The translations under genes and the position numbers were made by a program. A stretch of DNA of 62,669 nucleotides, the filler included, from Stramenopiles sp. TOSAG23-3 (taxonomy: Eukaryota): assembly GCA_900128585.1 (NCBI GenBank). It is 8 parts of 8 records of this genome, joined end to end, with 100 filler letters (N's around TTAATTAATTAA, not from the genome) between each part and the next. Parts side by side here need not be neighbours in the genome. Positions count along the whole stretch, not along the records: positions 52,456 to 61,036 come from LT643000.1; positions 61,137 to 62,669 come from LT645722.1; 6 more parts are not named here. One strand, written 5' to 3'. Shown in pieces: positions 54,378 through 62,669 of this stretch. The notes below the pieces were generated by a model. That model did no database searches and was not told the DNA's origin. It saw only the letters and a list, made by a program, of their open reading frames with translations. The number at the start of each line of letters is the position of its first letter. Position 1 is the stretch's first letter.

Positions 54378-56309
54378 TCACGCCAAATACCGTGATTGCA
54401 AGATCAGCGCAAGCTTGACCATTTCCATCGCTGCGCTGTGCAGGTCCTCGTCGTACTGTGCGACCAACATCTTCTTCAGTCCTTTTGTCCCCGCCAGACC
54501 TGCCACCCCATTGTCATATGCAAAGTCGAAACTCAAGATCAGCTGATCAAAGAGCGCTGTGCGCACCAGGCGATACTTTGGTCTCTCCCTCCACCCCTTC
54601 GCCTCTGCATCCAGCACACCCGGCCGGCGCAGGCCAGAGCTTCCGCCTGCACTTGCCAGCGAGGAGCGAAAGTTGGAATGCTCAAACTTGAGCAAGTGTC
54701 GAAATTTTTGCCTCCGCGTGCTCGCATTCGCGCCGTTCGAAACCCGACCCTCTCTTGGGTTTACGAACGCTTGCTCATCGAAGGCCATGTCCAAATCTAA
54801 AAACCCAAGGAACGATTTATCCCGCCTACCGTGCTCGTTCCGCGTTCCGGCGTCTTGTCGTACGACGTCGGGCGAAAGGACGACCATATTGTTTGCATGG
54901 GCATTGCAATGCCATTCCGATTCGTGGCACATGCTGTCCTGAAACGTTCCCCAGCTTGTATTGCAATCGGCATGAAGCATGTTTAGAAAAATGCCGCACT
55001 CGTACCCTAACCGACTGAACAAATAAGGCAGTACGCTCATCTTGCCCTTTTTTCGCACTTGGCCCAGGAGCTGGTCCAGCTTTTCGCAGGAACTGGTCCA
55101 AGCCGTGTACCACCTGGGGTCCATTTCGCAACAGTCCTCCTTCCCGCGCTTGTCCAAGACCCACTGACAAGGTAGGGCTTCCGGCGAGTGCTCTTCAAAA
55201 TCAAAGTCCAAGCACCGCGCAAGGGTTTGAGGATTTCTTGGGACTTGCCAGGTAAACCCGTGCACACCGTTTCCCACTTGTTCCGCATTGTTGGTTTGAA
55301 ACAGGTACGACTCGTACATTGTTTGGTCGTCGACAAAGTGCGAAGTGTCTACGGGAAGCGTCAAGGGTGAAACACCAGGTTTCTGCGACGAACCTTTCGC
55401 GATCTCGGTTGGCCTCTTGTCTGGAAAGAGTGCGAGGAAATCGTTAACCCTGGCGTCGATCGGATCAATCAGGTGATCCATGAGCAGGAGTAGGCCTGAA
55501 AGTAGGTGCGTGTACAAGCGACGATCTCCGTAAGTCTGTTGAACGATGCAGGCCGTTTGAAAGGGGTCTTTGCCCTTTTCAGCATCGCATTTAGTAATAG
55601 GCATCTCCGTGGTGCCTTGGTATATCCAATGCCCTATTGGTCGGTTTGCGCAGGGGACCAGGTTCGCTTTCGCATTCAGCTGCGCGCTAACGTAGTTGTC
55701 GCATATTGCGGTATGGACGAACGCACAGCCCCGCACCTGGTAATACGTTCTCAAACTCCCGGCTCTGCCGTCGTCGTCGTACACTTTTACACGGGTTGGT
55801 TGGACGACAAACCCTTGGTCGTGATTACCACAGCCCTTGAGGCGGTACCAGACGCCCCTGCGCGACTTGACCAGGCCAGAGCGTACCCCAGACGCATACG
55901 CTTTTAAGGCCACGTGGTTGGAGGAGTCTTCGTCCCCACGCGTTACTTTGATCCATGGTTCAAACGGCAAAGGTGATTTCGATGCCCAGGCAGCCGGAGA
56001 CGGTTTCCCCGGCACTTCAATGTCCAAACGTGGAATGCACGGCACAATAGCAGGGAGCGTCCCGTCCCCGATACGCGCAGGAATAGGGTAGAAACGTTCT
56101 CTGGTCGATTCACTACTACTTTTGGAGACGGAGCACGAGGAGGGTTCGACCACGACCCCATACCCTTGAACCCGTTTAAAATAAATAGGCTCAGAACCAA
56201 AAAATATTTCATCGCTCCCAAAGCTTTGTTCCTCTCGACGTTTCCGTCGGCAGAGTCCCAAAGAGATTGCCAAAAGCGCCGAGGACAGAAACGCAGATTC
56301 CGCTTGCAT
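54378..56309 (-). CDS. Uncharacterised atypical kinase-fold protein, SelO-like motif order
   Basis: SGVRS...WYRLKGCG...QVRGCAF...HCNAHANN...FLDLDMAF, resembling SelO GDGR...LQLKGAG...DGRAV...HGVMNTDN...IDYG. Confidence 0.6.
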   Translation of the reverse strand: MQAESAFLSSALLAISLGLCRRKRREEQSFGSDEIFFGSEPIYFKRVQGYGVVVEPSSCSVSKSSSESTRERFYPIPARIGDGTLPAIVPCIPRLDIEVPGKPSPAAWASKSPLPFEPWIKVTRGDEDSSNHVALKAYASGVRSGLVKSRRGVWYRLKGCGNHDQGFVVQPTRVKVYDDDGRAGSLRTYYQVRGCAFVHTAICDNYVSAQLNAKANLVPCANRPIGHWIYQGTTEMPITKCDAEKGKDPFQTACIVQQTYGDRRLYTHLLSGLLLLMDHLIDPIDARVNDFLALFPDKRPTEIAKGSSQKPGVSPLTLPVDTSHFVDDQTMYESYLFQTNNAEQVGNGVHGFTWQVPRNPQTLARCLDFDFEEHSPEALPCQWVLDKRGKEDCCEMDPRWYTAWTSSCEKLDQLLGQVRKKGKMSVLPYLFSRLGYECGIFLNMLHADCNTSWGTFQDSMCHESEWHCNAHANNMVVLSPDVVRQDAGTRNEHGRRDKSFLGFLDLDMAFDEQAFVNPREGRVSNGANASTRRQKFRHLLKFEHSNFRSSLASAGGSSGLRRPGVLDAEAKGWRERPKYRLVRTALFDQLILSFDFAYDNGVAGLAGTKGLKKMLVAQYDEDLHSAAMEMVKLALILQSRYLA

Positions 56310-56974
56310 CGTGGGAACCGTCGCTGTTATATTCCTACCTACCTATTCTGGGGTTGATCAGCACGAAGCTAACGTTTCCGCATTCTATGGTGTTCTTCCG
56401 TTCAGGTTTGGTTCTTATTGGTGCGGGTGTTTGAGAAGAAAAAAGAGAAAGAAGTAATGTGATTGTTATAATAAATATAATTCAATAATAATAATATAGA
56501 AGAAGATGACGATTCCCTACTTACTCTAAACTAAATATAATTCAATAATAAAAAAATTCCAACAAGCCAAGAAAGTATAATAATACAATAAATAATGTCA
56601 ATCAATGTGTTGTGATCGATAGACTATGATGATGAAAATTACCGACCGACCGGCGGCGGCATGTTCAATGTGCGTCAATTCGTGAAACTTTAACCCCATC
56701 ATACTATTATACATATTAATACCGGTACTAGTCTATACTCAATTAAAAAATGGATAATAATATAATAAAGGCATTCTTCTTCTTCGTATTAATATAACAT
56801 ACCACCCGGTATTATTTTTATATTAATAGATACTACAGGTGGGTACGGTGGGAATAATACCGGAACCTGGTGGTATTAAAAACAAAATATAAAGTATGTT
56901 TTAATATTATATTTTAGTTATTTTATTATAAATATGATACTTCCCAACAAGTAGATTTCCAACAATGGTTTTTT

Positions 56975-57070
56975 TATAAAAACAAATTATATATAGTATG
57001 TTTTAAGTCAAAAAAGAAAAGAAAAAAGAAGGTAAAACCTTTCAAGAACCCAAACTCCTCCTTGTTTCAG
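56975..57070 (+). repeat. Dispersed repeat module B
   Basis: 75 nt match 17341-17415 with one substitution. Confidence 0.92.
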
Positions 57071-57246
57071 GTTTTTTTATATACCTTGGTGGTGGGTGAG
57101 CGGTATTATTAAAATATATTAATAAAGCAGAGGAGGAGGATTAAAAAAATAGTCGTCCCTGACAACGTCCTTATTTTTTGTATTTTTTTAGACAGGGGAA
57201 CGGTCTCACTAATTACACTAGGTAACTAACGAGGCGTGCTTCGTTG

Positions 57247-58263
57247 TTAACCTTTCGTGTTCAAGGACAGTCCCTCCACCCCCTTGGTAACGCTTTCTTC
57301 CCCCCCATCTCCTGCCGTCGCCGCGTCGTCCTCCTGGTCTGATTTTGCAATTTTCAGCTTCGCGTCTTGCTCCTCTTGGTACCATCGCTGCACTTTCGCA
57401 TTGTGATCGTAGTTCACGTCTTTCCCGGCCAGCTCCTCTGGCAACTTGTTCATGTCGATTCCGTAGGTGTCCAAGGCTGCAGGATACCCTCCAACGTTAT
57501 GAATCCTAGACTGCATTTTTGACGACATGAACAGTTTCGCTATTGGCAACAGAAGGCTAAGAATCCATATCGGGCGAACGATCAACCCCTTGTGGAGCCT
57601 CAACGGCAAGTTTTTCGATATTGCCCCCATGATGGCCTTGGGTATTCTCGTATCCAAGTTCCCAAAGCTTGCCCCGTTCATATCGTTTATAAAGATGAGC
57701 CCGTTTTTTTGCACTTCTGGGTATTGTTTAAGGGTCCGCATGACAAGGTAGTGGAAGGCGCGCAGCATGATAATTGGGGCGATCTCAGTGGGGTCCAGAA
57801 ACCGCAAGCGAAGGAACAAAACCGCGCACTTCCCTTCCTTGTCCGCGCAGGGGATGATGTTGAGCACGTTCGAGTTCAAGAATTTGAACAGTTCCGGATC
57901 AGTCACCAGGCTCTGCTCCTCCAGCGACCCGACAAAGTTCAACCGCCACTGCAGGTAGTTTTGGACTCGCGCGGCCGCAGAGGGCAGGTCCCCGTTCCGG
58001 AAGCGCAGGCACGCCGTGCAAATGAAGTCAGTTAGTTCCGGGTATTTTTCTTGCACTTCCTTTGAAACCGATGCTTTCAAGTCTTGGAGGCGCTTCTTTC
58101 CATCGTCCGATTCTATGTCGAATTCAACACTTTCATCGACCTGGTCGTAGTCCGACCAGTCCATCTTTTGCCCCGAAGTGATCATCTTGGTCATCGAGGC
58201 CCTGCTCTCCCCTGAGCCTTTGGCTCGCGCGAGTTCTTCCGGGGAAGACTGGTCTTGCCCCAT
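57247..58263 (-). CDS. CRAL-TRIO/Sec14 lipid-binding protein (clavesin/alpha-TTP-like), probably N-myristoylated
   Basis: TDFICTACLRFRNGD...AAARVQNYLQWR, QKNGLIFINDMNG, LPLRLHKGLIV, KLFMSSKMQSRI and LPEELAG; MGQDQS start. Confidence 0.9.
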   Translation of the reverse strand: MGQDQSSPEELARAKGSGESRASMTKMITSGQKMDWSDYDQVDESVEFDIESDDGKKRLQDLKASVSKEVQEKYPELTDFICTACLRFRNGDLPSAAARVQNYLQWRLNFVGSLEEQSLVTDPELFKFLNSNVLNIIPCADKEGKCAVLFLRLRFLDPTEIAPIIMLRAFHYLVMRTLKQYPEVQKNGLIFINDMNGASFGNLDTRIPKAIMGAISKNLPLRLHKGLIVRPIWILSLLLPIAKLFMSSKMQSRIHNVGGYPAALDTYGIDMNKLPEELAGKDVNYDHNAKVQRWYQEEQDAKLKIAKSDQEDDAATAGDGGEESVTKGVEGLSLNTKG

Positions 58264-59196
58264 AATATAATAATATTTCTTTTGTTTTGGAGTGCCGTAA
58301 AGAATAATACCAGTCGGTTTTTGTTTAAGAACCAACCATTTGTTGTACAAAATGTATTGAATATTATGGTCCTCTATTGGAAGAAGAAGGAAAAAAACAG
58401 AAGACCAGGAACAGAACCTACTAGCAAGTACTCTATAATAAAATAGAAGAAGACATGTGAAATTGAATGGTTAGTATATATTATTATTAATAGTAGAAGT
58501 ATTTTATTTATTATTTATTATTATTAAAATTAAGAAAGAAAGAAAGAAGAAAGAAAGAAAGAAAGAATCCAAACCCATCATATTATTTTATATAATAACA
58601 TTTTAATAACCAGTTAGTATTTGGTATAATATGATGGTACCGTAGGTAAAGAAGGATGGGAGAGAGAGGGGAGGAGTGGTATTATACGGTAAAAAAAAAA
58701 TAAAATAAAAGAATAAATTCAAAACAACAAAAACTAAAAAAAATAAATATAATAATAAAAATAATAATAATAAAATTAAAAATATTAAAATTATTTAATA
58801 CTGTGTAGTGTTAATAATATTATAATAAATATTAATTAATAATAATAGTCGTCCAGGAAGAAGATAAAAAAATAATAATTATTATTATTATTAGTCCTAG
58901 TCTTATGTTGTTGAATGAATAAAAAATGTCTCTTTCTTTTTTTTCTATCTTTTAATCAAACTAAGAAATTTTATTAAAACTTTATCAATCTATGTATTTA
59001 TTTATTCAAATTTCATAAATTATAAAGAAGACGTTGTTTGTATACAGAAAACAAAGACAGCTTGTTTGGTTTGCGTGCGTTCGAGGCACACACACACGTA
59101 TATACATACACGCGCACAGAAGACAGTCCGTCCCTCCCCCCTGCCCTACCTCCCTCCTTCCAACCGACCCACCCGCCCACTTTTTTTTTGGGAAGA

Positions 59197-60591
59197 ATGG
59201 TTTCGTATGGTGACAATGACGACGCGCTGATGCAAAGAATATTGGAGGAATCGTTGAACGATGCCAATGTAAGGAGGGCGAGCCGTGTGGGGGCGCCTGG
59301 GCCCGTGGGAATGAACGATTCCATGGACGAGGTTCTGCTGGCAAAAGCGTTGGAGGACTCGCTGTCGTTCAACAAGCACGTGACCAACTCGGCCGCGAAG
59401 ACGGAGACGGAGGAGGAGGCGATGATACGGCAGGCAGTGGAGGAGAGCATGAAAGACGCCGCGTTGCCGCGGACGTCCAAGACGGAGCGGCTGATGGGCA
59501 CGGACTCCGACACGGACGACGAAAGTTTGATGGAAGCGATCCACCGGTCGATGAAGGAGGACCAAGGGGAGTTGGCCCGTGCCGGGAAACGGGAACGGAA
59601 GAAGGAGAAAAAGAGGCAGCGCCGCAACTCGAGGCAGCTGCCTTCGGGGGAGCCGCAGGCGTCCCTGGAAATTGCCGGGGGGGAAGGCTCGGCGGGCATG
59701 CGCGCGAAGGGGGAGTCCACCTCGTTCGCGTCAGCCGGGCCCCGGGCCGGCACGGGCCGGTCCACCGCGAAGACCGCTGCCCAGCGGGACGCCGACGAGC
59801 GGTTGAAAGCCGTCCTCGGGAACAGTTATGCGAAGATGGCGGCCGTCGGCGGGCCAAACGATTTAAAGCTGCGCTCGTTCAAGAACGCAGCGAAGGCGAC
59901 CGTAGACCCGGCCGTGATGGCCGAGGCAAAGGCGGTCGCCGAGGCGGTAGAGCGGGAGGACATGCTGTCCAAGCTGCCGGACGAGACCCGGTTGAAGGCC
60001 GAGATTATGTTCTCGAACGCCATGGAGAAGTACAACCGGATGACCTCTTCCGAGTCCCACAACCGCAGCCGCCACATGCGAATGATGGGCCGTCCTCGGC
60101 TGGAGGACGTTATAGAGCGGGCGAAGAGGGAAGTAGAGAACGAGCAGAGGGCACGCCTGGACGAAGTGCGCCGCGCGCGCCAGGCCGAAGAACGGGAGAT
60201 GCAGCGAATCGTAGAGGCCGCCGAGCAGGAGGAGATGCTGGCGGAGCTGACCCCGGAAATTCGACAAGAGGCCGAGGTAACATATAGCAACATGATGAGC
60301 GAGTTTCAACGCAAAGGGGGCCGAAAGCCAAGGTTAGACTACGCGATAGCCCTCGCAAAGGACAAGCATCGGGAGAGGGAGAACGAGGCCAGGCGAAAGC
60401 TGGAAGCGGAGCAGAAGCGATTGGACGACATGAGGGCGGCCGAGCTGCAGTGCCAACGGGACGAAGAGGCGCGGGTGAAGGCGGAGGAGCAGAAGAAAAT
60501 CGACGCCAGGAACAGTGAAAGCAGGGAGGCCCGGGCGGCGAGGTTTGCCGCCATGTATGAGAAGAAAGCAAGTGACAGCAGCAAGAGTTAA
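59197..60591 (+). CDS. UIM-repeat and coiled-coil protein with an internal duplicated helical unit
   Basis: Four UIM-like motifs: DALMQRILEESL, EVLLAKALEDSL, EAMIRQAVEESM and ESLMEAIHRSM. Confidence 0.8.
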   Translation: MVSYGDNDDALMQRILEESLNDANVRRASRVGAPGPVGMNDSMDEVLLAKALEDSLSFNKHVTNSAAKTETEEEAMIRQAVEESMKDAALPRTSKTERLMGTDSDTDDESLMEAIHRSMKEDQGELARAGKRERKKEKKRQRRNSRQLPSGEPQASLEIAGGEGSAGMRAKGESTSFASAGPRAGTGRSTAKTAAQRDADERLKAVLGNSYAKMAAVGGPNDLKLRSFKNAAKATVDPAVMAEAKAVAEAVEREDMLSKLPDETRLKAEIMFSNAMEKYNRMTSSESHNRSRHMRMMGRPRLEDVIERAKREVENEQRARLDEVRRARQAEEREMQRIVEAAEQEEMLAELTPEIRQEAEVTYSNMMSEFQRKGGRKPRLDYAIALAKDKHRERENEARRKLEAEQKRLDDMRAAELQCQRDEEARVKAEEQKKIDARNSESREARAARFAAMYEKKASDSSKS

Positions 60592-60952
60592 AAAGGATAC
60601 AAGAGACGTGGTGTCCTTTTCGGCCATGTCCAGCCGTTTTATAAATTTATAAATTAGTGTCTAGGCTTTAATTACGTCTTATTAGTCATGAGGAGGAGGA
60701 TTTGGTCTTTACTGTTTGCTCGGCAAATACCAAGTAGTGATAGACGACTAGAATATCGTATCGATCATCAAAGATAGATACGATAACCCTAAACTATAAC
60801 ACTATAACTCCAATCCAATTGATTCCTGATTATTCATTCCTCTGCTTTTCAATAAAATGATAATAAAATAGACGACTATGTTCCCTATCTATATCTATAA
60901 ACTAAACTTATAGACTAGTACGAGGAAGGAAAGAGTAGTCAAAATAGATAAT

Positions 60953-61036
60953 CTCTCTCTCTTCTCTCTTCTCTTCTCTTCTCTTCTCTTCTCTTCTCTT
61001 CTCTTCTCTTCTCTTCTCTTCTCTTCTCTTCTCTTC
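60953..61036. repeat. (CTCTT)n microsatellite at contig end
   Basis: Direct reading. Confidence 0.95.
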
Positions 61037-61136
61037 NNNNNNNNNNNNNNNNNNNNNNNNNNNNNNNNNNNNNNNNNNNNTTAATTAATTAANNNNNNNN
61101 NNNNNNNNNNNNNNNNNNNNNNNNNNNNNNNNNNNN
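61037..61136. other. Artificial contig spacer
   Basis: 44N-TTAATTAATTAA-44N. Confidence 0.98.
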
Positions 61137-61183
61137 ATAATATTTTTATCGCTTTCTTTACCTATCATACCAAAAAGCTAGGG

Positions 61184-61717
61184 TTAGGCTTGCCCACCAG
61201 AAACCAAAAACGAAGTCCAGGCAAACGGCCGGCGCCGGCGCAGGTAAGTGGACTTCCGCTCGTGTGCATATGCCTCCTGCTCAAAACTGATGGAAAAATA
61301 GGCGCGCGCATACCCCTGGCGGAAGAGAAGTGCCCGGCATGACTCCTCGACAATGTACAAGAGGTAGAAGGGGAGCACCCCGCACTCTTGTTGCTGCGCG
61401 ATGTGGATCGACTCGTGGAGCAAAATGACCGTGGGGTTGCGCTTGACCGTCAGGGCAGAAGCCTCCACGAATACCACCGGCCAAATGGCCAGTCCCTTCA
61501 GCCCCAGCCAGCGCATGAGGGTAGAGTGCTCCACAACCCAGGGGTAATCGGGGGCCACGGTGCGCCCCCACAGGAGAGCAATGGCGACAGGAGCGACCGC
61601 GAACACGGCGACGTACAGGGTCGCCGCGATCGCGACTGCTTCCATTTCCCCGTGGGTGCATGATACGACAGCCGGGAGGAGGCCAAACGCGCCGAAGAAC
61701 AACAACGCAAAGAGCAT
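61184..61717 (-). CDS. Membrane-anchored HExxH zincin-like protein resembling a Bacteroidetes/phage hypothetical family
   Basis: GLAIWPVVFV, LLHESIHIAQQQE, PFYLLY, AYFSISFEQEAY and YLRRRRPFAW; N-terminal signal peptide and TM segment. Confidence 0.75.
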   Translation of the reverse strand: MLFALLFFGAFGLLPAVVSCTHGEMEAVAIAATLYVAVFAVAPVAIALLWGRTVAPDYPWVVEHSTLMRWLGLKGLAIWPVVFVEASALTVKRNPTVILLHESIHIAQQQECGVLPFYLLYIVEESCRALLFRQGYARAYFSISFEQEAYAHERKSTYLRRRRPFAWTSFLVSGGQA

Positions 61718-62264
61718 CCCTCAGCTTTATGTTTTCATTCATTTCTACGTACCCAATTCTTAAACCAGTCCTATTTTTTTCTCAAAGAAGTGCAGTATAT
61801 TCATGCATAGACAGATAGACATGTGATAATAATTTTTAACTTCACCATCACTCCACTGCAGCAGGGGGCAGGGGGGAGCAAGGAACATCGTAATAAAAAT
61901 GAATCAAGAAGAAGAAAGGAGAAAGGAAGAAGAAAGGAGAAAGAAGAAAGAAGAAAGAAGAAAGGAGAAAGAAGAAGAAAGAAGAAGAAAGAAGAAGAAA
62001 GAAGAAGAAGGAAAGTACTCGTCGTAGTAGAGAGTTGTTTTTTATCAAAGTGATTCTTCATTACCACTGTCGTTGCATCCTATTCCCAAGTACCAGTACC
62101 GATATAATATGTATTCTTTTTAATGTACAAGTAAAGATTATTTGCCTATATTTTATAATGACACGTTCAGCTCAAATAATATATTAACAGGTATGATATA
62201 TGTATGTCATTTTTCCCCTTCATTCACATTCACTACGACGACATTCAATTGGTTGCAAACGGGT

Positions 62265-62669
62265 TTACAATTTGCGATGCTGCCCAATCAGCAAAACTGA
62301 ATCAGATGACAACATTTTCATGAACTCACTAATGTTCAAAACGTCACGGTCTGCAAAGTAATGTTCCGTCACGCACTCTGCGTCCCTCCCTGGAACATTC
62401 AGTTCTCTTAAGGCTGCAAAGAATTCTTCTTTCTCAAATTCGCCGCTGTGGTCCTTGTCCAGTTTTCGGAATGTCTTGCCAAAGCTGGTACTGTTGTGCT
62501 CAAACATTTCCACAAAGCGAAACAAGGCTTGTTTGACTTCGTGGTGCTCTTGCAGGTCTTTTTCGGACTGCTTTAAGACTTCCAAATACTTTGCTGACTC
62601 CTTTCTTCGAACGCCACGGGTCACGTCGCTCGTCCCGACGTGTTGAAAATGACCACGGGCTTCGCTTTC
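62265..62669 (-). CDS. EF-hand protein, C-terminal fragment (5' part outside the window)
   Basis: FRKLDKDHSGEFEKEEF; the frame stays open to the window edge. Confidence 0.7.
   Translation of the reverse strand, partial: ESEARGHFQHVGTSDVTRGVRRKESAKYLEVLKQSEKDLQEHHEVKQALFRFVEMFEHNSTSFGKTFRKLDKDHSGEFEKEEFFAALRELNVPGRDAECVTEHYFADRDVLNISEFMKMLSSDSVLLIGQHRKL

Noticed and set aside
48087..56309. Apparent selenium cluster (selD near a SelO-like gene)
   Set aside because: The genes lie on different contigs separated by the spacer at 52356-52455, and the SelO-like ORF has no C-terminal Cys/Sec motif.

Overview
Eukaryotic (protist) genomic DNA, not a contiguous locus. Eight separate contigs are joined by an artificial 100-bp spacer (44 N + TTAATTAATTAA + 44 N). 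Contig lengths fall monotonically (8666, 8649, 8646, 8643, 8640, 8611, 8581, then a partial one), so they were sorted by size and adjacency across spacers has no biological meaning. The genome is gene-dense and almost intron-free (one clear intron, 9667-9732), with very AT-rich intergenic DNA. Gene content suggests a flagellated protist, most plausibly a heterotrophic stramenopile (inference), and an inverted chimera at 1-79 suggests a single-cell MDA-amplified assembly. Recognisable genes: AFG3/FtsH m-AAA protease, an atypical TQH-type MAP kinase, a BIRC6/UBE2O-type E2, LARP6, a mitochondrial carrier, EF-hand proteins, SPEF1, NOC4, a CAMK-type kinase, an SH3-SH3-RING protein, an NADH-oxidoreductase-SelD fusion and a CRAL-TRIO protein. 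The most notable signals are: (1) a modular dispersed repeat family found in six contigs and concentrated at gene 3' ends and convergent intergenic regions; (2) a SelO-like atypical kinase-fold protein; (3) a phage/virus-type NPPY N6-adenine methyltransferase-like gene with a basic tail; (4) a Bacteroidetes-type HExxH protein, a horizontal transfer candidate; (5) unusual secreted multidomain proteins; and (6) two genes split at G10-G11 homopolymers. No tRNA, rRNA, CRISPR array or intact transposase/viral gene was recognised. All family calls come from motif recognition by eye; no searches were run.
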